From NCBI RefSeq assembly GCF_050296195.1, contig NZ_JBNKRB010000042.1: 32,000 nt of DNA. One strand, given 5' to 3'. A program made the translations under genes and the position numbers. Positions 28,674 to 32,000 of the stretch are shown in pieces. How positions within the stretch are numbered: the first letter of the stretch is position 1; each line of letters opens with the position of its first letter. Source of the stretch: Gynuella sp. (GTDB lineage Bacteria > Pseudomonadota > Gammaproteobacteria > Pseudomonadales > Natronospirillaceae). Under the pieces are notes generated by a model, which saw only the letters and a program-made list of their open reading frames with translations, did no database searches and had not been told where the DNA came from.

Positions 28674-30074
28674 TTAGGTTCGACCGTAACGATCTTCAAA
28701 TCGAACAATATCATCTTCGCCCAAATATGATCCGGACTGAACCTCAATCAACTCTAGAGGAATAGAGCCGGGGTTTTCCAACGCATGCACTTCCCCAACA
28801 GGTATGTATGTTGACTGGTTCTCAGTCACCAAAAATGTTTTATCACCATTCGTCACCTTGGCAGTACCAGAGACCACAATCCAGTGTTCAGCCCGATGAT
28901 GATGCATTTGCACACTTAGCTTACAACCAGGTTTTACCGTAATACGCTTCACCTGATAACGCGCTCCGGAATCAATGGAATCATATTGACCCCAAGGACG
29001 ATAAACTTCGCGATGAGAATGATAGTGAGAACGGCCCTCTGCTTTAATTTTGGCCACCACCTCTTTCACTTCCTGAACACGATCCTTTGCTGCGACCAAA
29101 AGTGCATCTTTAGTATCAACAATAACAATGTCATCAAGCCCAAGCGTCGCAACCAGTCTATCCTCACCCTGAACCAGACAGTTCTGACTACCCAGATTTA
29201 ACACATCCCCATGAAAAACATTACCTGCATCATCTTTTTCATTAATTTCCCATAGCGATGACCAACTACCGACATCACTCCAACCGGCGTCCATCGGAAT
29301 CACCACGGCTCTTTCAGTATTTTCCATTACCGCATAGTCAACAGACTCATCAGGGCATTTTTTAAAGGCGTCTGCATCAACCCGAACAAAATCAAGATCC
29401 GCACTCGTATGCTGAACAGCCTCAGTACAGGCTTGGAATATATCGGGGCGATAAACTTTTAGTTCATCAAGATACTGAGCGGCTTTAAACATGAACATAC
29501 CGCTATTCCAAAGATATTCTCCGCTATTAACGTACTCTTCGGCCGTCTGTGCATTTGGCTTTTCGACAAACTGCTTAACTGCAAAACCATCCGCCTTAGA
29601 CTGCCCTTGCCGGATATAACCGTAACCAGTATGCGCTTCAGTAGGAACAATACCGAACGTAATCAGATCCCCTGTTACCGCCAGTGCCGCAGCACTGTTT
29701 ACAGCGGCATGAAAAGCCGGAACATCCTTGATAACATGATCAGCAGCAAGAACCAGCAACACCGAATCTTTATCGCGACTAACAGCCGCTAACGCCGCTA
29801 ATGCAATTGCAGGTGCCGTATTACGACCCTCTGGCTCCAGAATAATCTGACCAAGACGATCTATATTCCTTAACTGTTCCGCAACAATAAAACGGTGCTC
29901 TTCATTACAGATTGTCAACGGTTTTTCAACATCCAGCCCGGATAACCTCATTGCAGTTTCCTGAAGCATCGTATATTCACCAACAAGGTTATTAAATTGC
30001 TTGGGAAACAGTTGCCGAGACAACGGCCAAAGGCGGGTACCGGAGCCTCCAGCCATAATAACAGGTAATATCAT
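28674..30074 (-). CDS. manC: Bifunctional mannose-1-phosphate guanylyltransferase / mannose-6-phosphate isomerase (type II PMI-GMP; AlgA/XanB/CpsB type)
   Basis: [25 protein letters not shown], an EKP region and a C-terminal cupin ([35 protein letters not shown]). The start is re-called to ATG 30074, with AGGAGTG 9 nt upstream. The track start at 30116 adds 14 unlikely residues. Confidence 0.9.
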   Translation of the reverse strand: MILPVIMAGGSGTRLWPLSRQLFPKQFNNLVGEYTMLQETAMRLSGLDVEKPLTICNEEHRFIVAEQLRNIDRLGQIILEPEGRNTAPAIALAALAAVSRDKDSVLLVLAADHVIKDVPAFHAAVNSAAALAVTGDLITFGIVPTEAHTGYGYIRQGQSKADGFAVKQFVEKPNAQTAEEYVNSGEYLWNSGMFMFKAAQYLDELKVYRPDIFQACTEAVQHTSADLDFVRVDADAFKKCPDESVDYAVMENTERAVVIPMDAGWSDVGSWSSLWEINEKDDAGNVFHGDVLNLGSQNCLVQGEDRLVATLGLDDIVIVDTKDALLVAAKDRVQEVKEVVAKIKAEGRSHYHSHREVYRPWGQYDSIDSGARYQVKRITVKPGCKLSVQMHHHRAEHWIVVSGTAKVTNGDKTFLVTENQSTYIPVGEVHALENPGSIPLELIEVQSGSYLGEDDIVRFEDRYGRT

Positions 30075-30147
30075 CCGTTTTTTCACTCCTGTGGTTAATT
30101 TCAAAACTGGTAACATTGTACAGACACAATAGAAAGGTATACTACAT

Positions 30148-32000
30148 TCACTGCACTAATTTTCCTTTTAACCGAACCATTTCATCTCGCAATTCCGCAG
30201 CTTTCTCAAATTCTAACGATTTCGCCGCCTGATGCATCTGATCCTCCAAGCCCCGAATGCGTTTCACAATATCATCTGTCGACAAAATTTCTTCGGCCAG
30301 ATACTGAGCCTCTCGTTCTGCAACTTTCTTCAGATCAGAGCGGTTTCGTCCACTAGCCTGTCCTTTAGATGAGCCCTTACCTGGAATAACAGCACCTTCC
30401 ATAATATCGATCACAGATTTCTTAACGCCTCTCGGCGTGATGCCATGCTGGGCATTATGCTGCAACTGCTTTTCCCTTCTCCGCTCTGTTTCATCAAGCG
30501 CACGTCTCATGGAATCCGTTATTCTGTCCGCATATAAAATGGCCCGTCCGTGTTCATTTCGCGCAGCCCGGCCAATAGTCTGAATAAGACTACGATCCGA
30601 GCGCAAGAAACCCTCTTTGTCTGCATCCAGAATTGCAACCAACGATACCTCAGGAATGTCTAACCCTTCACGCAAGAGATTAATACCAACCAATACGTCA
30701 AACGCACCCAACCGAAGGTCACGGATGATTTCAACCCTCTCAACAGTATCTATATCAGAATGTAGATAGCGAACTTTGATACCATTTTCCGCCATGTAAT
30801 CCGTCAGATCTTCTGCCATCCGTTTCGTCAAGGTGGTCACCAGAACTCTCTCACCCTTCTGAACCCGTTCCCGTGCCTCATGCAACAAATCATCAACCTG
30901 AGTAGATTGCGGCCTGATTTCAACAATCGGATCAACAAGACCAGTCGGCCGAACCACTTGTTCCACCACGGCTTGACCATGATCTTTCTCATAAGGCCCG
31001 GGAGTGGCAGACACATATACGGCCTGCGGAGAACGAGCTTCCCATTCCTCAAACTTCAAGGGTCGGTTATCGAGTGCAGAAGGCAACCGAAAACCATACT
31101 CCACCAGAGTTTCTTTTCGAGAACGGTCACCTTTGTACATTCCACCAACCTGAGGAATCGTTACATGGGACTCATCAATAAACATAAGCGCATTTGCTGG
31201 CAGATAGTCATACAATGTTGGCGGTGGCAAGCCCGGTGCCATACCTGTAAGGTGCCTTGAGTAGTTCTCAATTCCCTGGCAATAGCCCAACTCCCGGAGC
31301 ATTTCGATATCATATCTGGTTCTTTGCTCTAGTCTCTGCGCCTCTACCAGCTTATTACCACTACGCAACTGCTCTAAACGGCCCTTCAGCTCGGCTTCTA
31401 TAGTGTCTATGGCACCAAGCACCGTATCCCGGGGGGTTACATAAAGCGTCTTTGGGTAAACAGTATATCTCGGAACTTTCGCGATAATCTGGCCAGTCAA
31501 TGGATCGAAAAGCGATAGCTCCTCAACTTCTTCGTCAAACAGCTGAATTCTCAAAGCTTCAAACTCAGACTCAGCCGGAAAGATGTCAATAACATCTCCT
31601 TTTACCCGATATGTACCCCGCTGAAAATCAGCATCGTTTCGCTTGTATTGAAGCTCTGCAAGCCCTCGGAGTATATTTCGCTGGTCAATAATTTCACCAC
31701 GAGAAACATGCAACCGCATTTTGGAATAAGACTCCGGGTCCCCTAACCCATATATAGCCGATACTGTTGCAACAATCAGAACGTCTTCCCTATCCAACAG
31801 TGCTTTTGTAGCCGACAAACGCATCTGCTCAATATGATCATTAATGGATGCGTCTTTATCTATAAAGGTGTCGGAAGAGGGAACATATGCTTCAGGTTGA
31901 TAGTAATCATAATAAGATACGAAATACTCAACTGCATTGTTGGGAAAGAAGTCTTTGAACTCACCATATAGCTGAGCAGCCAAAGTTTTATTGTGAGCAA
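30148..32000 (-). CDS. uvrB: Excinuclease ABC subunit B; the 5' end runs off the right edge of the window
   Basis: [46 protein letters not shown] continues open to position 32000. The track M at 31983 is an internal TTG. Helicase motifs and the C-terminal UVR domain ([12 protein letters not shown]) are present. Confidence 0.96.
   Translation of the reverse strand, partial: AHNKTLAAQLYGEFKDFFPNNAVEYFVSYYDYYQPEAYVPSSDTFIDKDASINDHIEQMRLSATKALLDREDVLIVATVSAIYGLGDPESYSKMRLHVSRGEIIDQRNILRGLAELQYKRNDADFQRGTYRVKGDVIDIFPAESEFEALRIQLFDEEVEELSLFDPLTGQIIAKVPRYTVYPKTLYVTPRDTVLGAIDTIEAELKGRLEQLRSGNKLVEAQRLEQRTRYDIEMLRELGYCQGIENYSRHLTGMAPGLPPPTLYDYLPANALMFIDESHVTIPQVGGMYKGDRSRKETLVEYGFRLPSALDNRPLKFEEWEARSPQAVYVSATPGPYEKDHGQAVVEQVVRPTGLVDPIVEIRPQSTQVDDLLHEARERVQKGERVLVTTLTKRMAEDLTDYMAENGIKVRYLHSDIDTVERVEIIRDLRLGAFDVLVGINLLREGLDIPEVSLVAILDADKEGFLRSDRSLIQTIGRAARNEHGRAILYADRITDSMRRALDETERRREKQLQHNAQHGITPRGVKKSVIDIMEGAVIPGKGSSKGQASGRNRSDLKKVAEREAQYLAEEILSTDDIVKRIRGLEDQMHQAAKSLEFEKAAELRDEMVRLKGKLVQ

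Noticed and set aside
30107-30123. LexA-box-like CTGG-N9-ACAG between the uvrB stop and the manC start
   Set aside because: The spacing is wrong (N9, not N8), the half-site is imperfect, and it lies downstream of uvrB rather than in its promoter, which is off-window.

Overview
This window is core chromosome from a gammaproteobacterium, mid-40s % GC by eye. Gene order closely follows the Pseudomonas/Oceanospirillales-type arrangement. Left to right: fabF (3' end off the left edge), acpP, fabG, fabD, rpmF and yceD on the minus strand; maf/yceF (+); sppA-type S49 peptidase and rluC (-); a long structured leader and rne (+); a YsgA-like Tat-signal dienelactone hydrolase (+); a ~280-aa ORF that I read as a distant Tus (replication terminus-binding) homologue (+); gloC, sthA, nqrM, apbE and nqrFEDCBA as one tightly packed minus-strand block; mfd (+) with a translationally coupled CsiV-like periplasmic protein; an MTAP/MTIP-family phosphorylase (-); yqgE/algH (+); a DUF2288-like ORF (-); an orphan 4-TM protein (+); tRNA-Val(GAC) (-); a bifunctional GDP-mannose pyrophosphorylase/PMI (-); and uvrB (-, 5' end off the right edge). 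I see no CRISPR array, transposase, integrase, phage gene, toxin-antitoxin pair or recognisable defence module, and I cannot honestly point to a novel multi-gene system. The most unusual item is the Tus-like ORF, which sits in a synteny context where Tus is not expected and has no E. coli-type Ter core nearby. Lesser items are a promoter-hairpins-terminator unit at the head of the rne leader, the repeat-bearing RNase E C-terminal half, an orphan divergent gene pair beside the tRNA, and two long non-coding divergent intergenic regions. Several ORF-track starts are over-extended at the N terminus and were re-called from Shine-Dalgarno placement and family N-termini. All homology statements come from reading the translations against remembered reference sequences. 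No searches were run.
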